From positions 92,998 to 124,997 of the forward strand of contig CAVPBX010000007.1 in the NCBI GenBank assembly GCA_963702305.1: a stretch of DNA of 32,000 bases. Direction: 5' to 3'. Positions 8,637 to 16,842 of the stretch are shown here, piece after piece. The notes beneath the pieces are model-generated. The model did not search any database and had not been told where the DNA came from. It was given only the letters and a program-made list of their open reading frames with translations. The stretch is from an uncultured Acidimicrobiaceae bacterium (GTDB taxonomy: Bacteria > Actinomycetota > Acidimicrobiia > Acidimicrobiales > Palsa-688). A program made the position numbers and the translations under genes. The number at the start of each line of letters is the position of its first letter. Positions within the stretch are counted from its first letter, which is position 1.

Positions 8637-9998
8637 TTAGCCGTCGGCGGTAGTCCAGGCGAGTGGAGTTCCTGGCGAGGGCGCCAGGATCAGCGAGTCG
8701 CTGGTGGGGGTGGCGTAGAGCCAGCGGTAGCGATTTTCCGATCTGCTTTGACAGAGGACGTCGATCGAGTTGGGAGACCATACGCATTGTCCGAAGATGG
8801 TGTTGGCGGTTGGTGCCGAGAGATCCTGGACGGTTCCGGTCTCCGAAACGATGGCGAGGGCCGCGCCGGTGTTGGTGTAAGTGGGATAGGCGATTTCTCG
8901 GCCATTGGGTGACCAGATGGGCTGGGTCCCGTATATGGGGCTGTCGTGCTCACTCAGGGCGGCCAGCAGGTGTCCTCGCCGGTCGAGGATAACCATGGGG
9001 ACGTTGCCGGTGACGGGGGTGAGCGGGTTCGCCACGATGGCGATGGCGTGTCCCGAAGGGTCGGGATAGACGCCGAGTTGGATCGGTGTTGACGGCAAGC
9101 TTCCGACGTACTGGTTGACCTGTGATGACGTGGCGAGCAACGCTGGCGGCACGGAGGCGGTGAGAAACTCCACCTCAGTGTCGGGGCTCGCTGGGTGGGC
9201 GATCTGCGATTGGTGTTGCTGGGCCGGGATCGACACGAAGGCGCCCAGGCTCTTGGCGTCGCCGCCGGCACTGTCAACCGTCCCGAGATCGAACTCCCGA
9301 CCATCGCTGAAGCGGACGACGGTTGCGGCGGCGGGCGATGCCGCAGTCGGACGGGTCAGCACCAACACCGCCTGATTCTGGTCGACAAACGGCCTGGATT
9401 GTGCCGGTGCCGTCGAACCAGAGAGGACCTTCGACACCGCGCTGGAACCAGTGACGATCCGCGTCCCCTTCACATCGAAGACGGTTCCCGCAGCGTCGAG
9501 GATCGTCTGGCCGTCCGACGAGACAGCGACTGGGGTCAGGGGGCCTCCGCCAGCTAGGACCGGGTACCTCTCGATCGTCCCGGTGGCGGGATCGACGGAA
9601 ATGATCGCCCCAGCCGAAGACACCGCCATAACCCGACCCGTCAGCGCCTTCAACCCCGCCGGCCCCGAGTGACCCCCAGAAGACAACAGAAACGACGCCA
9701 CGACCGCGCCCGCAATAACGACCACCGCCGCAGCCGACGCTGCTGGCCTGACCCGCCATTTGTGTGGGCGGTGACTCCCCCGTGGCCGTGGTCCTACGTC
9801 ACGGGGTCCCTGCGGCACCGCGATCGACGACGAAGGCGACCCCTCCCCGGCCAGCAAGGGATCGGGTTCTTCCGGCAATGGCTCCGGGATCTCGACCGCA
9901 TCATCAACAGATCGGCCACAAGCGGCACAGTGCGCCGCGAACTCGGAAACCAACCCACCACAACCGCTACAGCGCAGCATTCCCCACAAACCGTACAT
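8637..9998 (-). CDS. Membrane-anchored protein: N-terminal zinc ribbon, one TM helix, extracytoplasmic TolB/WD40-like beta-propeller
   Basis: CSGCGG...CAACG (CxxC-N10-CxxC), TM segment AAVVVIAGAVVASFLL, and repeated propeller-like strands (PIWSPNGREIAY, CVWSPNSIDVLC). The start may instead be ATG 9980. Confidence 0.55.
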   Translation of the reverse strand: MYGLWGMLRCSGCGGLVSEFAAHCAACGRSVDDAVEIPEPLPEEPDPLLAGEGSPSSSIAVPQGPRDVGPRPRGSHRPHKWRVRPAASAAAVVVIAGAVVASFLLSSGGHSGPAGLKALTGRVMAVSSAGAIISVDPATGTIERYPVLAGGGPLTPVAVSSDGQTILDAAGTVFDVKGTRIVTGSSAVSKVLSGSTAPAQSRPFVDQNQAVLVLTRPTAASPAAATVVRFSDGREFDLGTVDSAGGDAKSLGAFVSIPAQQHQSQIAHPASPDTEVEFLTASVPPALLATSSQVNQYVGSLPSTPIQLGVYPDPSGHAIAIVANPLTPVTGNVPMVILDRRGHLLAALSEHDSPIYGTQPIWSPNGREIAYPTYTNTGAALAIVSETGTVQDLSAPTANTIFGQCVWSPNSIDVLCQSRSENRYRWLYATPTSDSLILAPSPGTPLAWTTADG

Positions 9999-10097
9999 CG
10001 CATCACCCCACGCAGCCCTAACGACTCATCTGCGCTTGCCGGGACGTGCTGGTTGAGCCGCGAGCTGTCCCAGCCTGGTTAGGAGCGACTCCTTTTC

Positions 10098-10538
10098 TCA
10101 GCTCAGCTGCTCGGCCAGCGCGAGGATTATTCCGCTCGGCCCGCGGAGATAGCAGAGCAGGTAGCTGTCCTCGTAGCGCGTCACTTCGCCAACGAGTTCG
10201 GCGCCGTGCGGGCGGAGGCGGGCGAGGGTGTCCTCGATGTCGTCAACGGCGAACATGACACGGTGCAGGCCCAGCGTGTTCGCCGGGGTGATCTCCGGCT
10301 TGGGGGTGATCGCCTTCGGGGTGTGATACTTCGTCAGTTCGAGCCGGCCCGGGGCGTCCGGGATCCGCATCATCGCGATCTCGCTTCTCATGTCGTCGAG
10401 CCCGACGACGTTTCCCGCCCAGCTTCCTTCGATCGGCATCCTGCCTTCCAGCTCCATACCGAGTTCGGTGAAGAAAGCGACGGCGGCGTCGAGGTCGTCG
10501 ACGACGATCCCGACGTTGTCCATGCGCTGAATTGTCAT
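10098..10538 (-). CDS. VOC/glyoxalase family protein
   Basis: MDNVGIVVDDLDAAVAFFTELGMELEG ... LHRVMFAVDDIEDTLARL is a two-module VOC fold signature. Confidence 0.8.
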   Translation of the reverse strand: MTIQRMDNVGIVVDDLDAAVAFFTELGMELEGRMPIEGSWAGNVVGLDDMRSEIAMMRIPDAPGRLELTKYHTPKAITPKPEITPANTLGLHRVMFAVDDIEDTLARLRPHGAELVGEVTRYEDSYLLCYLRGPSGIILALAEQLS

Positions 10539-10628
10539 GTCTCAAACGATAGGGGCCGGGTCCGACGCCGTCGGCTCAGCCAGCCGTCTCCTCACGCCGT
10601 ATCCACAGCTGGGCCATACTCTCGACCC

Positions 10629-13223
10629 TCAGGGCAGGATCTCAACGTACCCCTCCGTTCCATTGAGGCGGATCCGCTGCCGATCGCGGATGAGCCGGGT
10701 GGCTTGCTCGACGCCCACGACAGCCGGCAAGCCGTACTCCCGGGCGATGACTGCGCCATGGGTCATCAGGCCGCCGACCTCCGTCACCAGGCCCGTGATC
10801 GCGACGAACAGGGGCGACCAGCTGGGGTCGGTGTAGGCCGTGACCAGGATGTCGCCCGGCTCGAGATCGGCCTCGGCCATGTCCATGATGACGCGGGCCC
10901 GCCCCTCGATGATCCCGGCGGATACCGGCAAACCAACTAGCGCGCCGGTCGGCACGTCGTGGCGTCGGTACGCCCCGGCGACTACCTCGCCATCCGACGT
11001 AAACACCCGGGGCGGCGTCAGCGCTTGATACGACCTGAACGCGTCCTTGCGCTGGGAGATGAGCTCATCATCCGCGTGGTTCGTGCGCACGACGTCGTGG
11101 AACTCTTGGAACGTGAGGTAGTACATGTCTTCCTTCTCACGAAGCACACGCGCCTGCACGAGCCGCCCGGCCTCTTCCAGCAAAGCCTGCTTGTACACGA
11201 AGTAGCGGCTGACCATGCCGTACTTCGGATACTCCCGGTACCCGATGAAGGTCCGGACCCGGTCGATCATCCGCTTGACCTCATCCGCCTTACGCTCCCC
11301 GTCCGGCAAGTCCCCCAAGCGCGCCAGCAGCTCTTGTTCCTTCTCCCAGGCCTCCTGCCGGCCTTGCTCGAAGCGCCGCTCGCCGGCGCCCGGCTCGAAG
11401 TTCTTGATGTTGCCGAGGATCAGGGGCACGAGCGTGGAGGGGCGTTCGCTCCATCGTGGTCTCGTGATGTCGATCTCACCGACGCAGCGCATGCCGTACT
11501 TGTCGAGGTAGGCCCGGATGGCGTCGCGGGCTTCCCGCCCGCCCGTAAGTTTGGCCATCTCGTCCAAGAAACCGTCGTCGTCGATGTGTCGCAGAAGCGC
11601 CACCACCTCCGGATACGGACGGATCACGTCCGCGACGTCCAGGAGCGCGAGCCCCATCTCCGACGTGACGTTATGGGGGACAGACTGGGTGAGCGTGTCC
11701 GCCGCGTTCTTCTCGCCCAGCCACGCCTCCAGCTGCTCGTTCAGCCACCACGTGGCCTCCATCGCCGACATGAACACCTGATGGCTGCGCGGATCGAACA
11801 GGATCCGCCTCAGCTCTTGGATGTCCGCCAAGATGAAGTCGAGCAGCGCCGATCCGGACGTCGTCGCGATGTCGCGCTTCAAGGCGGCAATGGAGGCCTC
11901 GCTACGTCCGATCAGATCGGTGACGATGGCCGGATCGGTCTCGATCGGCGCTGGCGCGCCGCCAGCCGGCATCGCATTCGGGCCCTCGTCAGGGAGCGAC
12001 GGGATGAAGTCGTCGCGTTCGAGGATGGTCTCTAGCGCGTCCCCGATCAGCGGATCGCCCCTTCCCAGGACCTCCAAGAGACCGGCGCGACTCGCTGGCG
12101 ACGCCAGGCCCACGGCGACATCGACGAAGAGCCTCCCACCGGCCACGTACATCGGCCGAGGTGTGGTCAGCTGCCAGAAGGAGAGCCCCAGGGGCTTCAT
12201 CGCGTCGGTCATCATCTGCGCATGACCGACAGACACGTACACATGGTTCTCTTGGTCGCCGGCCGCAGGGATAGGAAACAGTGTGGTGATCGGCCGGCTC
12301 TGGACGATCCGGAAGCTGTCATCGACCAGGCACCATTCGATGTCCTGGGGGCGGCCGAAGTGCCCTTCGATCCGCCGTCCCAACTGCGCGACTCGCACGA
12401 CCTGCGCATCAGTCAGTGCTGGCTTCTCCTGACGCTCCGGCTCGATCGCCAGTTCCTGCGTCCCGCCTGCCGGCGAGGCGTGAATGGCCAGCTGCTTGGT
12501 GGCGACCGCCTTGGCGACGATCTCGCCGTCCCGCACCTGGTAGACGTCCGCGTTCACCCGGCCGGAGACCAGGGCCTCGCCGAGTCCGAAGGTGGCCTCC
12601 ACCGAGCTGACCTTCCGGTTTGACGTGACCGGGTCGGCCGTGAAGACGACGCCGGCCGCCTGCGGGAAGACCATCTGCTGCACCACCACGGCCATGTGGA
12701 CCTTCCGGTGGTCGAATCCATTCCGCAAGCGGTAGGTCACGGCCCGATCGGTGAACAGGGAGGCCCAGCACCGACTGACGTGCTCGAGGATCGCCGCTGG
12801 CCCCACGACGTTCAGGTACGTGTCCTGCTGGCCGGCGAAGGAAGCAGACGGCAAGTCCTCCGCCGTCGCACTCGATCGGACTGCGTAAGCAGCATGTTCG
12901 CCGAGCCCGGCGACCGAGCCGGTGATCGCCGCCGCCAGATCGTCGGGGATGGCAATCCCTTCGATGGTCCGGCGGATCTCCGCGCTGAGCGTGCGGATCG
13001 CCTCCCGGTCATCCGGGCTCAGGCGCGACAGCCGACCGAGCCGATCGTCGATCGACGGCGCGTTCGCCATGATCCGCCGGAAGGCGTCCGTCGTCACACA
13101 GAAGCCGGCCGGTACGCGGATGCCTTCGATCCGCGAAAGCTCCCCAAGGTGCGCGCCCTTGCCGCCAACAACCGCGACTTGCGTCCGGTCGATCTCCTGG
13201 AAACCCAGCACGTAGCTGCCCAT
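10629..13223 (-). CDS. rph: PEP-utilising enzyme of the rifampin phosphotransferase (RPH) type, also annotated as phosphoenolpyruvate synthase-like
   Basis: 864 aa. N-terminal ATP-grasp (VVGGKGAHLGEL, FAVRSSATAEDLP..SFAGQ). C-terminal swivel phosphohistidine domain (TDPSWSPLF...GGLMTHGAVIAREYGLPAVVG). This architecture and length fit Rph. Start at ATG 13223 with a GGAAGGTGG Shine-Dalgarno sequence. The 13418 extension was rejected. Confidence 0.75.
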   Translation of the reverse strand: MGSYVLGFQEIDRTQVAVVGGKGAHLGELSRIEGIRVPAGFCVTTDAFRRIMANAPSIDDRLGRLSRLSPDDREAIRTLSAEIRRTIEGIAIPDDLAAAITGSVAGLGEHAAYAVRSSATAEDLPSASFAGQQDTYLNVVGPAAILEHVSRCWASLFTDRAVTYRLRNGFDHRKVHMAVVVQQMVFPQAAGVVFTADPVTSNRKVSSVEATFGLGEALVSGRVNADVYQVRDGEIVAKAVATKQLAIHASPAGGTQELAIEPERQEKPALTDAQVVRVAQLGRRIEGHFGRPQDIEWCLVDDSFRIVQSRPITTLFPIPAAGDQENHVYVSVGHAQMMTDAMKPLGLSFWQLTTPRPMYVAGGRLFVDVAVGLASPASRAGLLEVLGRGDPLIGDALETILERDDFIPSLPDEGPNAMPAGGAPAPIETDPAIVTDLIGRSEASIAALKRDIATTSGSALLDFILADIQELRRILFDPRSHQVFMSAMEATWWLNEQLEAWLGEKNAADTLTQSVPHNVTSEMGLALLDVADVIRPYPEVVALLRHIDDDGFLDEMAKLTGGREARDAIRAYLDKYGMRCVGEIDITRPRWSERPSTLVPLILGNIKNFEPGAGERRFEQGRQEAWEKEQELLARLGDLPDGERKADEVKRMIDRVRTFIGYREYPKYGMVSRYFVYKQALLEEAGRLVQARVLREKEDMYYLTFQEFHDVVRTNHADDELISQRKDAFRSYQALTPPRVFTSDGEVVAGAYRRHDVPTGALVGLPVSAGIIEGRARVIMDMAEADLEPGDILVTAYTDPSWSPLFVAITGLVTEVGGLMTHGAVIAREYGLPAVVGVEQATRLIRDRQRIRLNGTEGYVEILP

Positions 13224-13323
13224 CCGTCCACCTTCCCCTGAGCCGCCTCGGGCGCCTCTTGTCCCACGGTCAAACGGGCGGACGCCTCCGGTCCGGCCTG
13301 TGGCGTGCATTGTCAGCACACAA

Positions 13324-13344
13324 GGGGTCCTTGCAACAAGCCCC
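13324..13344. promoter_or_regulatory. Imperfect palindrome GGGGTCCTTGCAACAAGCCCC about 100 bp upstream of rph; resembles the rifamycin-associated element (RAE)
   Basis: GGGG..CTTG pairs with CAAG CCCC, with a 2-nt bulge and a 3-nt centre. Its position upstream of a rifamycin-resistance-type gene matches published RAE behaviour as I recall it. I could not check the consensus here. Confidence 0.4.
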
Positions 13345-13560
13345 CCACCCTGGTGTACATTGCTTATGGCGGAAGGGTGAATCGGCATCCTTGGCGGCAC
13401 CAGAGCCGGGCACGTCACCGAAGCTGGGGCTTATGCCTCCGCAATGAAGCGCACGCCACGGGAGTCGCTTTGTGTCGAACCTCCACACCAAGGGGACAAC
13501 GTGGCGCTACGCGTTCCGAAGGCGGAGCTCAGCACCGACATGAGGGAATTCCCCTGATCG

Positions 13561-14670
13561 TCATCTGCCAGGGTGCGGTGGCGCGGCGGGGAGTTGCACG
13601 GTGACGCAGAGGCCGCCCGCGGCCCGGGGGGTGAGGGTGAGGGTTCCGTCGTGTGCTTGGGTGATGCTCTTGACGATGGCCAGGCCGAGGCCGACACCGG
13701 CGTGGTCGGTGCGTATGCGCTTGGAGCCGCGCTGAAACGGCTCGACCAGCGTCGAAACCAGCTGTGGGGTGAGCTGCTCGCCGGTGTTCTCGACCGTGAG
13801 CACCACCCTCTTGGGGTGGGCGCTGGTGGTGACCCAGACGGTGCCCTGTTCGGTCAGGTTGTGGACGATCGCGTTGTGTACGAGGTTCGTCGTCATCTGC
13901 AGCAGGAGGGCGGGTGAGCCGGTGGTGGGGGTGGTGTCGCCAGAGGTCTCGATGGTGAGGCCGCGCTTTTCTGCGAGGGGAAGGAGCGTTTCGGTGGCTT
14001 GTTCGGCGAGGAGGGACAGGTCGACGTGTTCTGGGGTGAAAGAGCGCTGGTCGGCCCGACTGAGCAGGAGCAGTGCTTCGGTGAGGTCGATCGCTCGGGT
14101 GTTGACGAAGTGGAGGCGGTCGACCAGTTCGTCGTGGCCGCAGCTTTGACCGTTGCGGGCCACCTCGAGAAGTGTTTGTGTGATGGCGAGCGGAGTGCGC
14201 AGTTCGTGGGAGGCGTTGGCTGCGAACCTCTGCTGTTCAGCGATCTGTGTTTCGAGCCGGGCGAGCATGGCATCGAAGGCGTCGGCGAGGTCGCGGAACT
14301 CGTCGCGGCGGCCCGGCAGCCGGATTCGGTGGGCGAGCGATCCGGTCGTGGCCGTGCGGGTGGCGTCGGTAATGCGAGTCAGGGGGGCGAGCATGCGGCC
14401 GGCAAGCAGCCACCCACCCACGAGACCGAACACCAGCAGGAAAGCCAACACGGCGGCTGCCCTGGGCGCGAAAACGTGCAGGAGGTTGGACCGAACGGGA
14501 AAGACGCCATGAATGGAGGTGTCGGCGTTGACGAGGAACGCACGGTCGGGGACGTACCGCAGGAGGAACAGCCACACGGCGGCGAGCAGCATGGCGCCGG
14601 CGAGCATGAGGAAGCCGGCGTAGCTGAGGGTGAGTTTGAGGCGAACGCTCAAACCTGGGGCTCTATCCAC
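13561..14670 (-). CDS. vanS: VanS-type sensor histidine kinase
   Basis: Two TM helices with a short loop of about 30 aa, a HAMP domain, the H-box NASHELRTPLA, and N/G boxes (LVHNAIVHN, GVGLGLAIV). GTG start at 14670 overlaps the vanR stop by 8 nt. Identity rests on its partner and its context next to vanHAX. Confidence 0.8.
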   Translation of the reverse strand: MDRAPGLSVRLKLTLSYAGFLMLAGAMLLAAVWLFLLRYVPDRAFLVNADTSIHGVFPVRSNLLHVFAPRAAAVLAFLLVFGLVGGWLLAGRMLAPLTRITDATRTATTGSLAHRIRLPGRRDEFRDLADAFDAMLARLETQIAEQQRFAANASHELRTPLAITQTLLEVARNGQSCGHDELVDRLHFVNTRAIDLTEALLLLSRADQRSFTPEHVDLSLLAEQATETLLPLAEKRGLTIETSGDTTPTTGSPALLLQMTTNLVHNAIVHNLTEQGTVWVTTSAHPKRVVLTVENTGEQLTPQLVSTLVEPFQRGSKRIRTDHAGVGLGLAIVKSITQAHDGTLTLTPRAAGGLCVTVQLPAAPPHPGR

Positions 14671-15358
14671 GGTCTCCTCCCTCACGCCCTGAGTCTGGGT
14701 GAGTGTCGATGCGGTACCCGACGCCGGCCACGGTGGCGATGAGCCAAGGTTCGCCAAGGCGTTTGCGCAGCGCCGAGACCGTGATGCGCACCGCGTTGGT
14801 GAACGGGTCCGCGTTCTCATCCCACGCCCGTTCCAGCAGATCTTCGGCGCTGACCACGCCGCCTTCGGCCGCCACCAGAACCTCGAGCACCGCGAACTGC
14901 TTCCGGGTCAGCGCGACGTAGCGGCCGTCGCGGTACACCTCGCGGCGGAACGCATCCAACCGCAGACCCGCGATCTCTCGCACCGGCGGCCGGTTGTGAG
15001 CCCGCCGGCGGTCGAGCGCTCTGAGACGAAGCACCAGCTCCCGCAGCTCGAATGGCTTGGTGAGATAGTCGTCAGCGCCGAGTCCGAACCCCGAGGCCTT
15101 GTCGTCAAGCCGGTCGGCAGCGGTGAGCATGAGGATCGGCATGCCGCTACCAGAAGCGACGATGCGCTTGGCGATCTCGTCGCCAGAGAGCCCGGGGATA
15201 TCGCGGTCAAGCACGGCGATGTCGTAGGCGTTGACGCCCAGCAGATGTAAAGCGGTGTCGCCGTCACCGGCGATGTCCGCGGCGATCGCTTCCAGGCGAA
15301 GACCATCGCGGATGGCTTCTGCCATATAGGGCTCGTCCTCGACGATCAACACACGCAC
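14663..15358 (-). CDS. vanR: VanR-type OmpR-family response regulator
   Basis: MRVLIVEDEPYMAEAIRDGLRLEAIAADIAGDGDTAL...DIAVLDRDIPG...LTKPF... followed by a winged-helix C-terminus. From memory it closely resembles actinomycete VanR. It is divergent from a vanH-type promoter. Confidence 0.85.
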   Translation of the reverse strand: MRVLIVEDEPYMAEAIRDGLRLEAIAADIAGDGDTALHLLGVNAYDIAVLDRDIPGLSGDEIAKRIVASGSGMPILMLTAADRLDDKASGFGLGADDYLTKPFELRELVLRLRALDRRRAHNRPPVREIAGLRLDAFRREVYRDGRYVALTRKQFAVLEVLVAAEGGVVSAEDLLERAWDENADPFTNAVRITVSALRKRLGEPWLIATVAGVGYRIDTHPDSGREGGDRG

Positions 15359-15454
15359 ACTCTCGCGATGCTAGGCGCCGGGGCATATCGTCGGCGTATC
15401 GAAAACCGCATACGGGCTGGTAACACCACGCTGCGTTGACTGGAGGCATGACCT
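15329..15454. repeat. Copy A of the vanR-vanH control region: vanR codons 1-10, an 89-bp divergent intergenic region, and a dead vanH start stub
   Basis: Aligns colinearly with 16843-16970 at roughly 80% identity by eye. It ends in GGAGGC-ATGACCT, a 12-codon ORF (15448-15486, MTYSDSQGSHDT*) homologous to the vanH start. Weaker similarity may extend to about 15478. Confidence 0.8.
15385..15401. promoter_or_regulatory. Candidate VanR box, copy A: ATATCG-N5-GTATCG (11-bp phased direct repeat)
   Basis: The hexamers start at 15385 and 15396. The box lies 27 nt from the vanR GTG and 47 nt from the stub ATG. It is conserved in copy B. Confidence 0.45.
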
Positions 15455-15582
15455 ACAGCGACTCCCAGGGTTCCCATGACACGTGACGAATCGGCCTATG
15501 CCGGGCACTCGGCGCGACCAACGGCCATGTCCGCATCGGACTCCTCTCCGAGGCCATCTACGTCATCACCAATGCCGCAGCC

Positions 15583-16818
15583 GTGACCCAGCAGCGCACC
15601 AGGCCCGGCCGCGACGCCGACTGCCTGCCGGAGGAGTACCTCCGTCTCGAGCGGCGGTCGGCTCGGCGCCCACCCGCCAGGGGCCGGCGGCGGAGGGGGC
15701 GGATGGCCGTCCGGGTCCTGTCGGTGGCCCTCGGCCTGCTCGTGCTGTTCCTCGGGGCGTCGGTGTACGGAGCCGCCACCACGCCGGGCAACCAGAACTT
15801 CAAGGCCAAATGGGCCGACTGGTTGCGGTCCCACCACGCCGCCTTCGTCGTCAAGCCACTGGAGCAGTGGTACTACAACAGCCAGGCCCCGGCCAAGGGT
15901 GGCGCTCCCAAGGCCCTCAACCGGATCCCGGCGGCCTCTGCCCACCCGGCGGGCACCTCGGCGGCACCCGCCGGCCTGCCCGCCCCCAGCCCGGTACCGC
16001 TGGTCGTATCACCGGCCCTCCCGGGTGAGGGCCAGTGGCAGCCCACGGGGCCGATCGTCGACGGCCGGGCCGCCAGTTACGTGGCCCAGTTCCGGGCCGA
16101 CACCATCTACACCAGCCAGATCACCTCGGCGGTCTGGATCGACCCCACCCGGCTGAGGATCCGACTCGTCCCCGGCGCCCAAGAGCCGGGCGGTACCTGG
16201 AGCGTGCCGCCCGACCTCACCGGCACGGCGGCCGCCCAGGCGGTGGCCGCCTTCAACGGGGGGTTCCGGTTCCAGGATGCCCACGGCGGGTTCTACCTGG
16301 GCGGTCGCACCGCCGTACCCCTGGTGAACGGCGCCGCGTCGGTGGTCATCTACAAGGACGGCCGGGTCAACGTCGGCGCCTGGGGCACCGACGTGGCCAT
16401 GACCCCCTCGGTCGAGGCCGTCCTGCAGAACCTGGTGCCGCTGGTCGACAACGGCCAGATCGCCCCCGACGCCACCTACCACGACACCCACATCTGGGGG
16501 AACACCCTCGGCGCCAACACCGTCGTGGCCCGCTCCGGGCTGGGGGTGACGACGTCGGGGGCGCTGATGTACGTGGCCGGCCCGGCCCTGACGGCCAAGA
16601 CGCTGGCCGAGTCGCTGCAGCGGGCCGGGGCAGTGCGGGGGATGACCCTCGACATCAACCCGGAGTGGGTTACGTTCAACTTCTACACCCACCCCGACCC
16701 CGCCGATCCCACCTCGATCACCGGAGCCAAGCTGTATCCGCAGATGCAGCGCTCGGCCGACCGGTACCTCGGCCCCACCGAGGAGTCGCGTGACTTCTTC
16801 TCCGTGTCGACCAGCTGA
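15583..16818 (+). CDS. Membrane-anchored phosphodiester glycosidase family (NAGPA/DUF2233-like) exo-protein
   Basis: Arg-rich N-terminus, TM helix VLSVALGLLVLFLGASVYG, then AAFNGGF...GGFYLGG, VARSGLGVT..GALMYVAGP, GMTLDINPEWV, typical of the bacterial phosphodiester glycosidase family. GTG 15583, or ATG 15703 as an alternative start. Confidence 0.7.
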   Translation: MTQQRTRPGRDADCLPEEYLRLERRSARRPPARGRRRRGRMAVRVLSVALGLLVLFLGASVYGAATTPGNQNFKAKWADWLRSHHAAFVVKPLEQWYYNSQAPAKGGAPKALNRIPAASAHPAGTSAAPAGLPAPSPVPLVVSPALPGEGQWQPTGPIVDGRAASYVAQFRADTIYTSQITSAVWIDPTRLRIRLVPGAQEPGGTWSVPPDLTGTAAAQAVAAFNGGFRFQDAHGGFYLGGRTAVPLVNGAASVVIYKDGRVNVGAWGTDVAMTPSVEAVLQNLVPLVDNGQIAPDATYHDTHIWGNTLGANTVVARSGLGVTTSGALMYVAGPALTAKTLAESLQRAGAVRGMTLDINPEWVTFNFYTHPDPADPTSITGAKLYPQMQRSADRYLGPTEESRDFFSVSTS

Positions 16819-16842
16819 ACGCGGAGGGCTTCTCCCTTGTCA

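Noticed and set aside
10959-12035. A 358-aa plus-strand ORF antisense to the rph-like gene
   Set aside because: No recognisable motifs and a biased composition. It lies entirely inside a well-supported 864-aa gene on the other strand.
10629-13418. The full 929-aa version of the rph-like ORF starting at 13418
   Set aside because: The first 65 codons are non-protein-like and would run through the palindrome and promoter region. ATG 13223 has a good Shine-Dalgarno sequence and gives the family-typical N-terminus MGSYVLGF and a length of about 865 aa.
16819-16842. A search for mobile-element hallmarks (transposase, integrase, terminal inverted repeats, att-like direct repeats) at the vanHAX island edges (16819-16842 and 19614-19640)
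   Set aside because: I recognised none by eye. The only flanking repeat is the diverged promoter duplication, which is homologous sequence and not a target-site duplication.
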